The notes under the pieces: model-generated | The model's input: only the letters and a program-made list of their open reading frames with translations | What the model was told of the DNA's origin: nothing | Databases searched by the model: none | Program-made: the position numbers and the translations under genes | Source of the DNA: Eledone cirrhosa | Lineage: Eukaryota | Reading direction: 5' to 3' | DNA length: 64,000 bases | NCBI GenBank assembly: GCA_964016885.1 | Contig: OZ024766.1 | Coordinates: forward strand, 21,576,001-21,640,000 | Part shown: piece by piece, positions 27,715 to 40,793 of the stretch | Layout of the letters: each line of letters starts with the position of its first letter | Position numbering within the stretch: position 1 is the first letter of the stretch

Positions 27715-28835
27715 GATAGAGATAGAAATTGGGTATAAGAGGAATCAGTGTGCCCGAGAGAGGACTGCACTGGTAACGACATGTGATGTGTATGGATGGA
27801 GAAGTGTTAGGAGTTCCCAGTAGGTGGAAGACCTGGGTATAAGAGGAATCAGATGTGGTGTGTAGGAGAGGAGACTGAGCTGGTATAGACATGTGGTGTG
27901 TATGGATGGTGACTGTTGGGTGAAGAAGTGTCAGGAGTTCCCAGTGGAAGGAAGCTGCAGTAGAGGAAGACCTGGGTATAAGAGGAATCAGATGTGGTGT
28001 GTAGAAGAGGAGACTGAGCTGGTATAGACATGTGGTGTGTATGGATGGTGACTGTTGGGTGAAGAAGTGGAAGGAGTTCCCAGTGGAAGGAAGCTGCAGT
28101 AGAGGAAGACCTGGGTATAAGAGGAATCAGATGTGGTGTGTAGAAGAGGAGACTTGAGCTGGTATAGACATGTGGTGTGTATGGATGGTGATTGTTGGGT
28201 GAAGAAGTGTCAGGAGTTCCCTGTGGAAGGAAGCTGCAGTAGAGGAAGACCTGAGTATAAGAAGAGACTGCACTGGTATAGACATGTGGTGTGTATGGAT
28301 GGTGATTGTTGGGTGAAGAAGTGTCAGGAGTTCCCAGTGGAAGGAAGCTGCAGTAGAGGAAGACCTGGGTATAAGAGGAATCAGATGTGGTGTGTAGAAG
28401 AGGAGACTTGAGCTGGTATAGACATGTGGTGTGTATGGATGGTGATTGTTGGGTGAAGAAGTGTCAGGAGTTCCCTGTGGAAGGAAGCTGCAGTAGAGGA
28501 AGACCTGAGTATAAGAAGAGACTGCACTGGTATAGACATGTGGTGTGTATGGATGGTGATTGTTGGGTGAAGAAGTGTCAGGAGTTCCCAGTGGAAGGAA
28601 GCTGCAGTAGAGGAAGACCTGGGTATAAGAGGAATCAGATGTAGTGTGTAAGAGAGAAGACTGCACTGGTATAGACATGTGGTGTGTATGGATGGTGATT
28701 GTTGGGTGTAGAAGTGTCAGGAGTTCCCAGTGGAAGGAAGCTGCAGTAGAGGAAGACCGGGGTATTAGAGGAATCAGATGTAGTGTGTAGGAGAGGAGAC
28801 TGCACTGGTATAGATATGTGGTGTATATGGATGGT
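27715..28835 (+). mobile_element. Tandemly amplified fragment (140/114-bp units) of an RTE-clade LINE ORF C-terminus
   Basis: Translates to LGIRGIRCGV.ERRL.WYRHVVCMDGDCWVKKCQEFPVEGSCSRGRP, resembling the RTE motif RLRW.GHV.RM....VKK.....G.R.RGRP. Confidence 0.7.
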
Positions 28836-28999
28836 GATTTTGATATTATTTATTTTGAGAACAATACCTTAACCCTTAGCATTTAAACTAGCCAGTCTTC
28901 CCTCATCTCTTTCTGTTCAAACTGCCCATAATCGGCTACTCATACTGATGTTATGGTATTGGTCTCAAAATAAATAATATAAAAATCTCATAGATTCGA

Positions 29000-30800
29000 T
29001 ATTAAGTGAGATAAAGCCTTTACTGTGACAATACAATAGTATATATAGAGTAATGTAAATGTTATGTGAGATATTATGTGAGGTGAAGCCTTTACTGTGA
29101 CAATACAATAGTATATATAGAGTAATGTAAATGTTATGTGAGATATTATGTGGGGTAAAGCCTTTACTGTGACAATACAATAGTATATATAGAGTAATGT
29201 AAATGTTATGTGAGATATTATGTGGGGTAAAGCCTTTACTGTGACAATACAATAGTATATATAGAGTAATGTAAATGTTATGTGAGATACTATGTGGGGT
29301 AAAGCCTTTACTGTGACAATACAATAGTATATATAGAGTAATGTAAATGTTATGTGAGATATGTGAAGTAAAGCCTTTACTGTGACAATACAATAGTATA
29401 TATAGAGTAATGTAAATGTTATGTGAGGTAAAGCCTTTACTGTGACAATACAATAGTATATATAGAGTAATGTAAATGTTATGTGAGATATTATGTGGGG
29501 TAAAGCCTTTACTGTGACAATACAATAGTATATATAGAGTAATGTAGATGCTATGTGAGATATTATGTGAGGTAAAGCCTTTACTGTGACAATACAATAG
29601 TATATATAGAGTAATGTAAATGTTATGTGAGATATTATGTGAGGTAAAGCCTTTACTGTGACAATACAATAGTATATATAGAGTAATGTAAATGTTATGT
29701 GAGATATTATGTGAGGTAAAGCCTTTACTGTGACAATACAATAGTATATATAGAGTAATGTAAATGTTATGTGAGATATTATGTGAGGTAAAGCCTTTAC
29801 TGTGACAATACAATAGTATATATAGAGTAATGTAAATGTTATGTGAGGTATTATGTGAGGTAAAGCCTTTACTGTGACAATACAATAGTATATATAGAGT
29901 AATGTAGATGTTATGTGAGATATTATGTGAGGTAAAGCCTTTACTGTGACAATACAATAGTATATATAGAGTATTGTAAATGTTATGTGAGATATTATGT
30001 GAGGTAAAGCCTTTACTGTGACAATACAATAGTATATATAGAGTAATGTAGATGTTATGTGAGGTATTATGTGAGGTAAAGCCTTTACTGTGACAATACA
30101 ATAGTATATATAGAGTAATGTAAATGTTATGTGAGGTATTATATGAGGTAAAGCCTTTACTGTGACAATACAATAGTATATATAGAGTATTGTAAATGTT
30201 ATGTAAGATATTATGTGAGGTAAAGCCTTTACTGTGACAATACAATAGTATATATAGAGTAATATAAATGTTATGTGAGGTATTATGTGAGGTAAAGCCT
30301 TTACTGTGACAATACAATAGTATATATAGAGTAATGTAAATGTTATGTGAGATATTATGTGAGGTAAAGCCTTTACTGTGACAATACAATAGTATATATA
30401 GAGTAATGTAAATGTTATGTGAGGTATTATATGAGGTAAAGCCTTTACTGTGACAATACAATAGTATATATAGAGTAATATAAATGTTATGTGAGGTATT
30501 ATATGAGGTAAAGCCTTTACTGTGACAATACAATAGTATATATAGAGTAATGTAAATGTTATGTGAGATATTATGTGAGGTAAAGCCTTTACTGTGACAA
30601 TACAATAGTATATATAGAGTAATGTAAATGTTGTGTGAGATATTATGTGAGGTAAAGCCTCTACTGTGACAATACAATAGTATATATAGAGTAATGTAAA
30701 TGTTATGTGAGATATTATGTGAGGTAAAGCCTCTACTGTGACAATACAATAGTATATATAGAGTAATGTAGATGTTATGTGAGATATGTGAGGTAAAGCC
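29000..30800 (-). repeat. 72/60-bp minisatellite array of the same family, embedded in a MITE that starts at ~28869
   Basis: Same unit, about 25 copies, preceded by the MITE end ttaacccttagcatttaaac. Confidence 0.95.
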
Positions 30801-30913
30801 TCACCACAGGTGTGTTTGTGAAGGGCTGTAAGTTTGACACACCTGCTGCTGTATATTTTCTCCATTTTGGTTTTGTTGTATTTAAAAATTCCTTCTTCTT
30901 TCTTGTAGTGACA

Positions 30914-31188
30914 ATGGGACGATCTCGCTCCAGATCTCAAGAGCGACGGCGCTACAGTTACAGCTATAGCCACAGTAGGAGCCGAAGTCGCAGCCCTTCG
31001 GAGGACGGAGTCAGGGTCCACGTAGCTGACCTGGGTGTTGACCCATCAAAACGAGAGCTTGAGTGTGTGTTTGAGAAGTTTGGCAAGTTGCTTGAGGTCT
31101 GGGTAGCAAACAGCCCACCTTGTTTTGCCTTCATAGTCTACAAATACAGAGAGGATGCTGATGCAGCGATTAAAGAAATGGATGGAAA
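30914..31188 (+). CDS. SRSF7-like: SR splicing factor (SRSF7/SRSF3 family), coding exon 1: N-terminal RS stretch plus most of the RRM
   Basis: A polypyrimidine tract and ttgtag acceptor (30907-30908) precede the ATG at 30914. Translation is MGRSRSRSQERRRYSYSYSHSRSRSRSPSEDGVRVHVADLGVDPSKRELECVFEKFGKLLEVWVANSPPCFAFIVYKYREDADAAIKEMDGK, matching the SRSF3/7 RRM pattern (VW.A..PP.FAF...DA..A...DG). The phase-2 donor AA|gtaagg at 31189 is at the intron position known from SRSF3/7. Confidence 0.93.
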
Positions 31189-31346
31189 GTAAGGACTTCT
31201 TTCTGACCCCACTTTTTATATATCTATCTATCTATCTAAGGCGGGTGAAATTCCCGAGATCCATGGACGAGCTCTCTCCAGCGGTCTCTGTCCCTCATTA
31301 TCGCTGCCATATCCTGTTTTTATATATATATATATATATATATATA

Positions 31347-31962
31347 GGTTAGAGTATTGGGCTTGCCATCGAAAGGTTGCGAGTTCAATTCTCAGACCGG
31401 GTGATGTGTTGTTTCCTTGAGCAAGACACTTTATTTCACATTGCTCCAGTTTACTCAGCTGTAGAAATGAGATGATAGGGACTGGGGTCCCTATCATTCC
31501 ACTGTAAAGTGGTCGTGGAGGTGCCACGGCAAAAAAAGCACCCAGCACTCACTGTAAAGTGGTCGTGGAGGTGCCACGGCAAAAAAGCACCCAGCACTCA
31601 CTGTAAAGGGGTCGTGGAGGTGCCACGGCAACAAAGCACCCAGCACTCACTGTAAAGTGGTTGTGGAGGTGCCACAGCAAATAAAGCACCCAGCCCTCAC
31701 TGCAAATTGGTCGTGGAGGTGCCACAGCAAATAAAGCACCCAGCACTCACTGTAAAGTGGTCGTGGAGGTGCCACAGCAAATAAAGCACCCAGCACTCAC
31801 TGTAAAGTGGTCGTGGAGGTGCCACGGGAAAAAAGCACCCAGCACTCACTGTAAATGAGGTTGGTGTTAGGAAGGGCATCCAGCTGTAGAAATCAAGCCA
31901 GAATCAGTTCCCGTACCACCCTTGCAAGCAGGGAAAAGTGGATGTTAAATGATGGTGATGAT
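31347..31962 (+). mobile_element. SINE of the same family, + orientation, in the first coding intron
   Basis: ggttagagtattggg...gagttcaattctcagaccgg...ccttgagcaagacac, about 7 VNTR units, and a gatgatg tail. Confidence 0.85.
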
Positions 31963-32139
31963 ATATATCATCATCATTGTTTAACGTCCACTTTGCACGC
32001 TCGTCCACTTTGCACGCTAGCATGGGTTAGACGGATGTTGTCCCACTTAAGGCAAGATTGGTTGGGTGACCATGTCTCACTCATATAGGACTGTCTGGCA
32101 GGTTTTCTACAGCTGGATGCCCTTCCTAACACCAATCAC

Positions 32140-35100
32140 ATTTACAGTGTGGACTAGGAACCTTTTTACTGTGTCTCCTACACGACCACTTTACAGTGTG
32201 GACTGGGAGCCTTTTTACTGTGTCTCCTACATGACCACTTTACAGTGCGGACTGGGAGCCTTTTTACTGTGTCTCCTACATGACCACTTTACAATGTGGA
32301 CTGGGAGCCTTTTTACTGTGTCTCCTACATGACCACCTTACAGTGTGGACTGGGAGCCTTTTTACTGTGTCTCCTACACGACCACTTTACAGTGTGGACT
32401 GGGAGCCTTTTTACTGTGTCTCCTACATGACCACTTTACAGTGTGGACTGGGAGCCTTTTTACTGTGTCTCCTACACGACCACTTTACAGTGTGGACTGG
32501 GAGCCTTTTTACTGTGTCTCCTACATGACCACCTTACAGTGTGGACTGGGAGCCTTTTTACTGTGTCTCCTACACGACCACTTTACAGTGTGGACTGGGA
32601 GCCTTTTTACTGTGTCTCCTACATGACCACCTTACAGTGTGGACTGGGAGCCTTTTTACTGTGTCTCCTACATGACTACTTTACAGTGTGGACTGGGAGC
32701 CTTTTTACTGTGTCTCCTACATGACCACCTTACAGTGTGGACTGGGAGCCTTTTTACTGTGTCTCCTACATGACTACTTTACAGTGTGGACTGGGAGCCT
32801 TTTTACTGTGTCTCCTACATGACCACCTTACAGTGTGGACTGGGAGCCTTTTTACTGTGTCTCCTACACGACCACTTTACAGTGTGGACTGGGAGCCTTT
32901 TTACTGTGTCTCCTACATGACCACTTTACAGTGTGGACTGGGAGCCTTTTTACTGTGTCTCCTACACGACCACTTTACAGTGTGGACTGGGAGCCTTTTT
33001 ACTGTGTCTCCTACATGACTACTTTACAGTGTGGACTGGGAGCCTTTTTACTGTGTCTCCTACATGACCACCTTACAGTGTGGACTGGGAGCCTTTTTAC
33101 TGTGTCTCCTACATGACTACTTTACAGTGTGGACTGGGAGCCTTTTTACTGTGTCTCCTACATGACCACTTTACAGTGTGGACTGGGAGCCTTATTACTG
33201 TGTCTCCTACATGACCACTTTACAGTGTGGTCTGGGAGCCTTTTTACTGTGTCTCCTACACGACCACTTTACAGTGTGGACTGGGAGCCTTTTTACTGTG
33301 TCTCCTACACGACCACTTTACAGTGAGGACTGGGAGCCTTTTTACTGTGTCTCCTACATGACCACTTTACAGTGTGGACTGGGAGCCTTTTTACTGTGTC
33401 TCCTACATGACCACTTTACAGTGTGGACTGGGAGCCTTTTTACTGTGTCTCCTACATGACCACCTTACAGTGTGGACTGGGAGCCTTTTTACTGTGTCTC
33501 CTACATGACCACCTTACAGTGTGGACTGGGAGCCTTTTTACTGTGTCTCCTACACGACCACTTTACAGTGTGGACTGGGAGCCTTTTTACTGTGTCTCCT
33601 ACACGACCACTTTACAGTGTGGACTGGGAGCCTTTTTACTGTGTCTCCTACATGACCACTTTACAGTGTGGACTGGGAGCCTTTTTACTGTGTCTCCTAC
33701 ACGACCACTTTACAGTGTGGACTGGGAGCCTTTTTACTGTGTCTCCTACATGACCACCTTACAGTGTGGACTGGGAGCCTTTTTACTGTGTCTCCTACAC
33801 GACCACTTTACAGTGTGGACTGGGAGCCTTTTTACTGTGTCTCCTACACGACCACTTTACAGTGTGGACTGGGAGCCTTTTTACTGTGTCTCCTACATGA
33901 CCACTTTACAGTGTGGACTGGGAGCCTTTTTACTGTGTCTCCTACATGACCACTTTACAGTGTGGACTGGGAGCCTTTTTACTGTGTCTCCTACCTGACC
34001 ACCTTACAGTGTAGACTGGGACCCTTTTTACTGTGTCTCCTACATGATCACTTTACAGAGTGTACTGGGATCCTTTTTACTGTGTCTCCTACATGACCAC
34101 TTTACAGTGTGGACTGGAAGCCTTCTTACTGTGTCTCCTACACGACCACTTTACAGTGTGGACTGGGAGCCTTTTTACTGTGTCTCCTACATAACCACTT
34201 TACAGTGTGGACTGGGAGCCTTTTTACTGTGTCCCCTACATGACCACTTTACAGTGTGGACTGGGAGCCTTTTTACTGTGTCTCCTACATGACCACCTTA
34301 CAGTGTGGACTGGAAGCCTTCTTACTGTGTCTCCTACACGACCACTTTACAGTGTGGACTGGGAGCCTTTTTACTGTGTCTCCTACATAACCACCTTACA
34401 GTGTGGACTGGGAGCCTTTTTACTGTGTCTCCTAGATAACCACTTTACAGTGTGGACTGGGAGCCTTTTTACTGTGTCTCCTACATGACCACCTTACAGT
34501 GTGGACTGGGAGCCTTTTTACTGTGTCTCCTACATGACCACTTTACAGTGTGGACTGGGAGCCTTTTTACTGTGTCTCCTACATGACTACTTTACAGTGT
34601 GGACTGGGAGCCTTTTTACTGTGTCTCCTACATGACCACCTTACAGTGTGGACTGGGAGCCTTTTTACTGTGTCTCCTACATGACTACTTTACAGTGTGG
34701 ACTGGGAGCCTTTTTACTGTGTCTCCTACATGACCACTTTACAGTGTGGACTGGGAGCCTTATTACTGTGTCTCCTACATGACCACTTTACAGTGTGGTC
34801 TGGGAGCCTTTTTACTGTGTCTCCTACACGACCACTTTACAGTGTGGACTGGGAGCCTTTTTACTGTGTCTCCTACACGACCACTTTACAGTGAGGACTG
34901 GGAGCCTTTTTACTGTGTCTCCTACATGACCACTTTACAGTGTGGACTGGGAGCCTTTTTACTGTGTCTCCTACATGACCACTTTACAGTGTGGACTGGG
35001 AGCCTTTTTACTGTGTCTCCTACATGACCACTTTACAGTGTGGACTGGGAGCCTTTTTACTGTGTCTCCTACATGACCACTTTACAGTGTGGACTGGGAG

Positions 35101-35885
35101 CCTTTTTACTGTGTCTCCTACATGACCACTTTACAGTGTGGACTGGGAGCCTTTTTACTGTGTCTCCTACATGACCACCTTACAGTGTGGACTGGGAGCC
35201 TTTTTACTGTGTCTTCTACATGACCACTTTACAGAGTGTACTGGGAGCCTTTTTACTGTGTCTCCTACATGACCACTTTACAGTGTGGACTGGGAGCCTT
35301 TTTACTGTGTCTCCTACATGACCACTTTACAGTGTGGACTGGGAGCCTTTTTACTGTGTCTCCTACATGACCACTTTACAGTGTGGACTGGGAGCCTTTT
35401 TACTGTGTCTCCTACATGACCACTTTACAGTGTGGACTGGGAGCCTTTTTACTGTGTCTCCTACATGACCACTTTACAGTGTGGACTGGGAGCCTTTTTA
35501 CTGTGTCTCCTACATGACCACTTTACAGTGTGGACTGGGAGCCTTTTTACTCTGTCTCCTACATGACCACTTTACAGTGTGGACTGGGAGCCTTTTTACT
35601 GTGTCTCCTACATGACCACTTTACAGTGTGGACTGGGAGCCTTTTTACTGTGTCTCCTACATGACCACCTTACAGTGTGGACTGGGAGCCTTTTTACTGT
35701 GTCTCCTACACGACCACTTTACAGTGTGGACTGGGAGCCTTTTTACTGTGTCTCCTACATGACCACTTTACAGTGTGGACTGGGAGCCTTTTTACTGTGT
35801 CTCCTACATGACCACTTTACAGAGTGGACTGGGAGCCTTTTTACTGTGTCCCCTACATGACCACTTTACAGAGTGTACCGGGTGT
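32140..35885 (+). repeat. 49-bp minisatellite (~76 units) expanded from a SINE/RTE-tail VNTR
   Basis: Unit actgtgtctcctacatgaccactttacagtgtggactgggagccttttt, preceded by the tail catcatcat...ttctacagctggatgcccttcc (31968-32140). Confidence 0.95.
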
Positions 35886-35967
35886 ATTATACCACGGCCA
35901 CCCCAAACCAAACCTTTTCTGCTGCTAATTCAATGGACTTCTCTTTTCTGTCTGGTCCGCCGTCTAG

Positions 35968-36138
35968 GTTACTGAGTGGGGGCCGCATCAGGGTTTCACT
36001 GGCTCGACCCCGCACCAGGGGCAGACGGAGACGAGTGTTTGACCCCAACCTTCGATGCTATCAGTGTGGACGCAAGGGCCACTTCTTCCGCGACTGCGAC
36101 GACTCGAGGCGTTACCCTCGGCGACGCTATGTTAGCAG
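35968..36138 (+). CDS. SRSF7-like: SR splicing factor, coding exon 2: end of RRM plus CCHC zinc knuckle
   Basis: Acceptor tctag| at 35967. Translation is (K)LLSGGRIRVSLARPRTRGRRRRVFDPNLRCYQCGRKGHFFRDCDDSRRYPRRRYVS(R), containing a C-X2-C-X4-H-X4-C knuckle as in 9G8/SRSF7. Donor AG|gtacgt at 36139. Phase 2-2, in frame with exon 1. Confidence 0.93.
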
Positions 36139-36151
36139 GTACGTAGCAATC

Positions 36152-36444
36152 TGTGGTGTTGTTGTTGTTGTTGTTGTTGCTGTTGTTGTTGTTGGTGGTG
36201 GTGGTGGTGGTGGTGGTGGTGGTGGTGGTGGTGGTGGTGGTGGTGGTGGTGGTGGTGGTGGTGGTGGTGGTGGTGGTGGTGGTGGTGGTGGTGCTTTTTT
36301 CTATGCCTTAGTATTGTTTCACTGTGTGTATATATATATATATGGATTGATGTATGTATGTATATATATGTGTGTGTGTGTATATATATATATGGATGTA
36401 TGTGTGTATATATATATGTGTGTGTGTATATATATGGATGTGTG

Positions 36445-36485
<41 letters not shown>

Positions 36486-37014
36486 ATGGATGTATGTATA
36501 TATATATATGTGTGTGTATATATATATATATATATATGGATGGATGTATGTATATATATATGTGTGTGTGTGTGTATATATATATGGATGTATGTGTGTG
36601 TGTGTGTATATATATATGGATGTATGTGTGTGTGTGTATATATATATGGATGGATGTATGTATATATATATATGGATGTATGTGTGTATGTATATATATA
36701 TGTGTGTGTGTGTGTATATATATATATGGATGGATGGATGTATGTATATATATATGTGTGTGTGTGTATATATATATATGGATGTATGTGTGTGTGTGTG
36801 TATATATATGGATGGATGTATGTATATATATATATGGATGGATGTGTGTGTGTATATATATATGTGTGTGTGTGTATATATATGGATGTATGTATGTATA
36901 TATATATATGGATGGATGTGTGTGTGTATATATATATGTGTGTGTGTGTATATATATATATGGATGTATGTGTGTATATATATATGTGTGTGTGTGTATA
37001 TATATGGATGTGTG

Positions 37015-37045
<31 letters not shown>

Positions 37046-37068
37046 GGATGTATGTATGTATATATATA

Positions 37069-37099
<31 letters not shown>

Positions 37100-37564
37100 G
37101 GATGTATGTATGTATATATATATGTGTGTGTGTGTATATATATATATGGATGTATGTATGTGTGTGTATATATATATATATATGGATGTATGTATGTGTA
37201 TATATATATATATATGGATGTATGTATGTATATATATATGTGTGTGTGTGTATATATATATATGGATGTATGTGTGTGTGTATATATATATGTGTGTGTG
37301 TATATATATATGTGTGTGTGTGTATATATATGGATGTGTGTATGTATATATATATATATATATATATGGATGGATGTATGTATATATATATGTGTGTGTG
37401 TGTATATATATATATGGATGTATGTGTGTGTGTGTGTATATATATATGGATGGATGTATGTATGTGTGTGTATATATATATATGGATGTATGTATGTATA
37501 TATATATGTGTGTGTGTGTATATATATATATGGATGTATGTGTGTATATATATATGTGTGTGTG

Positions 37565-37605
<41 letters not shown>

Positions 37606-38634
37606 ATGGATGTATGTATATATATATGTGTGTGTGTGTGTATATATATATATGGATGGATGTATGTATGTATATATATATGTGTGTGTGTATATATATA
37701 TATATGGATGTATGTGTGTGTGTGTATATATATATGGATGTATGTATGTATATATATATATATATATGGATGTATGTATGTATATATATATGTGTGTGTG
37801 TGTATATATATATGGATGTATGTGTGTGTATATATATATATATATGGATGTATGTATGTGTATGTATATATATATATATATATATGGATGGATGTATGTA
37901 TATATATATGTGTGTGTGTGTATATATATATATGGATGTATGTGTGTGTGTGTGTATATATATATGGATGGATGTATGTATATATATATATGGATGGATG
38001 TATGTATGTATATATATATGTGTGTGTGTGTATATATATATATGGATGTATGTATGTATATATATATATGGATGGATGTATGTATGTATATATATATGTG
38101 TGTGTGTGTATATATATATATGGATGTATGTGTATGTATATATATATGTGTGTGTGTGTATATATATATATGGATGTATGTATGTGTGTGTATATATATA
38201 TATATATGGATGTATGTATGTGTATGTATATATATATATGGATGGATGTATGTATATATATATGTGTGTGTGTGTATATATATATATGGATGTATGTGTG
38301 TGTGTGTATATATATATGGATGGATGTATGTGTGTGTGTGTATATATATATGGATGGATGTATGTATATATATATGTGTGTGTGTGTATATATATATATG
38401 GATGTATGTATGTATATATATATATGGATGGATGTATGTATGTATATATATATGTGTGTGTGTGTATATATATATATGGATGTATGTGTGTGTGTGTATA
38501 TATATATGGATGGATGTATGTATATATATATGTGTGTGTATATATATATATGGATGTATGTATGTATATATATATATGGATGGATGTGTGTGTGTATATA
38601 TATATGTGTGTGTGTGTATATATATGGATGTGTG

Positions 38635-38665
<31 letters not shown>

Positions 38666-39080
38666 GGATGGATGTATGTATATATATATGTGTGTGTGTG
38701 TATATATATATATGGATGTATGTGTGTGTGTGTATATATATATGGATGGATGTATGTATGTGTGTGTGTGTGTGTATATATGGATGTATGTATGTGTGTG
38801 TGTATATATATATGGATGGATGTATGTATGTGTGTGTGTATATATATATGGATGTATGTATGTGTGTATATATATATATATGGATGTATGTATGTATGTG
38901 TGTATATATATATATGTGTGTGTGTGTATATATGTATTTATGTGTATGTATATATATGTTTGTGTGTGTCTATATATTTATATGTATATACATATATATA
39001 TATATATGTGTGTGTGTATGTACATTTGTATGTGTATATATATATGGATGTACATACACACACACATATATACGCACAGA

Positions 39081-39112
<32 letters not shown>

Positions 39113-39298
39113 TGTGGATGTACATACACATACATATACATATATACATACACACATGTATACGTATATACATACACACATCTGGATGTACATATACATA
39201 CACACATACATATATATACACACATACATATATATACACACACATATATACACACATACATATATATACACACACATATATATATATATATATATATT
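36152..39298 (+). repeat. (GTT)n(GGT)n tract followed by a ~3-kb compound (TA)n/(TG)n/TGGA microsatellite
   Basis: Directly visible; this is the source of the 994-1169 aa artefact ORFs. Confidence 0.95.
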
Positions 39299-39359
39299 CA
39301 TTCATCTTTTCTTCTATGGATTTTCCCTTTTACCCTTTATGAAAGCAATATTATTATTG

Positions 39360-39830
39360 TCGATAAAATAAAGTACCAGTAATACACTGGGGAAATTGCT
39401 GGCCTTGTGCCCCCAAAAGTAGAAACAGTTATTACGGGGTCAGTAAAATAAAGTACCAGTAATACACTGGGGAAATTGCTGGCCTTGTGCCCCCAAAAGT
39501 AGAAACAGTTATTACGGGGTCAGTAAAATAAAGTACCAGTAATACACTGGGGAAATTGCCGGCCTTGTGCCCCCAAAAGTAGAAACAGTTATTACGGGGT
39601 CAGTAAAATAAAGTACCAGTAATACACTGGGGTAATTGCTGGCCTTGTGTCCCCAAAAGTAGAAACAGTTATTACGGGGTCAGTAAAATAAAGTACCAGT
39701 AATACACTGGGGTAATTGCTGGCCTTGTGCCTTTTAAAGTGGGAACATTTATTACAGGGTTGATAAAATAAAGTACCAGTAATACACTGGGGTAATTGCT
39801 GGCCTTGTGCCCCCCAAAATAGAAACATTT
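39360..39830 (+). repeat. 80-bp tandem repeat (~6 copies) of the second SINE's 3' part
   Basis: Unit ttacggggtcagtaaaataaagtaccagtaatacactggggaaattgctggccttgtgcccccaaaagtagaaacagtta. Confidence 0.9.
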
Positions 39831-40113
39831 ATACCATCATCATCATCATCGTGTTCTTTTGTAGCCAAATTATTTGTACATTAATTTTTTATGTTGCATT
39901 TTATAGATTTTTTTTTTATTTATATTATTTTCCAAAATCTTCAAATTTCAGGAATTCACGACAGTAATCTTTAATTAACTGATTATTTTTAATTACAATG
40001 TATCTGTATGTGTGTGTATATATATATATATATATGTGTATGTGTGTATATATATATATGTGTGTGTGTGTGTATACATAAATATATATACATTTCTATA
40101 CATACACACACGT

Positions 40114-40157
<44 letters not shown>

Positions 40158-40793
40158 ATGCATACGTATATTTATATATATATATGTATGCATACATACA
40201 TATATGCATATATATATATATGCATACATATATGTATGTGCGTATATAGTGACCCAGGAATAGTTTTCATATATACAAATTTAACATCTTAAGTCTATTG
40301 CTCTGTTACTGGGATAAATGCTAGCATGGGTTGGACAGGTCCTTCTCAGCACAGCACCATGTGGAGAAATGACTAAAGGACCTGCCTAACCCATGCTAGC
40401 TTGGGAAAGCAGCCGTAAAATCAATGATGGGATTTTAATTTAAACAGGAACCCTGTGTCAATTAATTAATGAAGAATTTTGAAAGATTTACTATAATTAT
40501 TAATTATTTCATTACTAAGATATTAACTTAATTAGGTTCTTCTATAAAATTATGTTGGAAGATTTTAATTTAAATAGGGACCCTGTATTTTAATTAATTA
40601 ATGAAGAATTTTGAAAGATTTACTATAATTAATTATTTCATTACTAAGATATGAACTTAATTAGGTTCTTGTATAAAATTATGTTGGAAGATTTTAATTT
40701 AAATAGGGACCCTGTATTTTAATTAATTAATGAAGAATTTAGGGGATTTACTAAAATTATTAATTATTTCATTATGTAGGGTTCTTATCTATA

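Noticed and set aside
28965-31021. 594/677-aa repetitive ORFs (also 595-1761 and 57359-59416)
   Set aside because: These are translations of a 72/60-bp MITE-derived satellite whose unit length is a multiple of 3. They are open in two frames and show no protein-like features.
16180-31188. The 16-kb RS exon as a 5' coding exon of the SRSF7-like gene
   Set aside because: It is followed by an in-frame stop exon, a candidate poly(A) signal (23011) and a promoter-like region (~25 kb), and the downstream gene has its own ATG. Two genes fit better, though this is not proven.
32140-35885. CRISPR-like regular array
   Set aside because: Head-to-tail tandem units with no unique spacers, no cas genes, and a eukaryotic context.
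35873-39382. 1169/1005/994-aa ORFs
   Set aside because: Only 35968-36138 is a real exon; the rest is (GGT)n and (TA/TG)n microsatellite that lacks stop codons.
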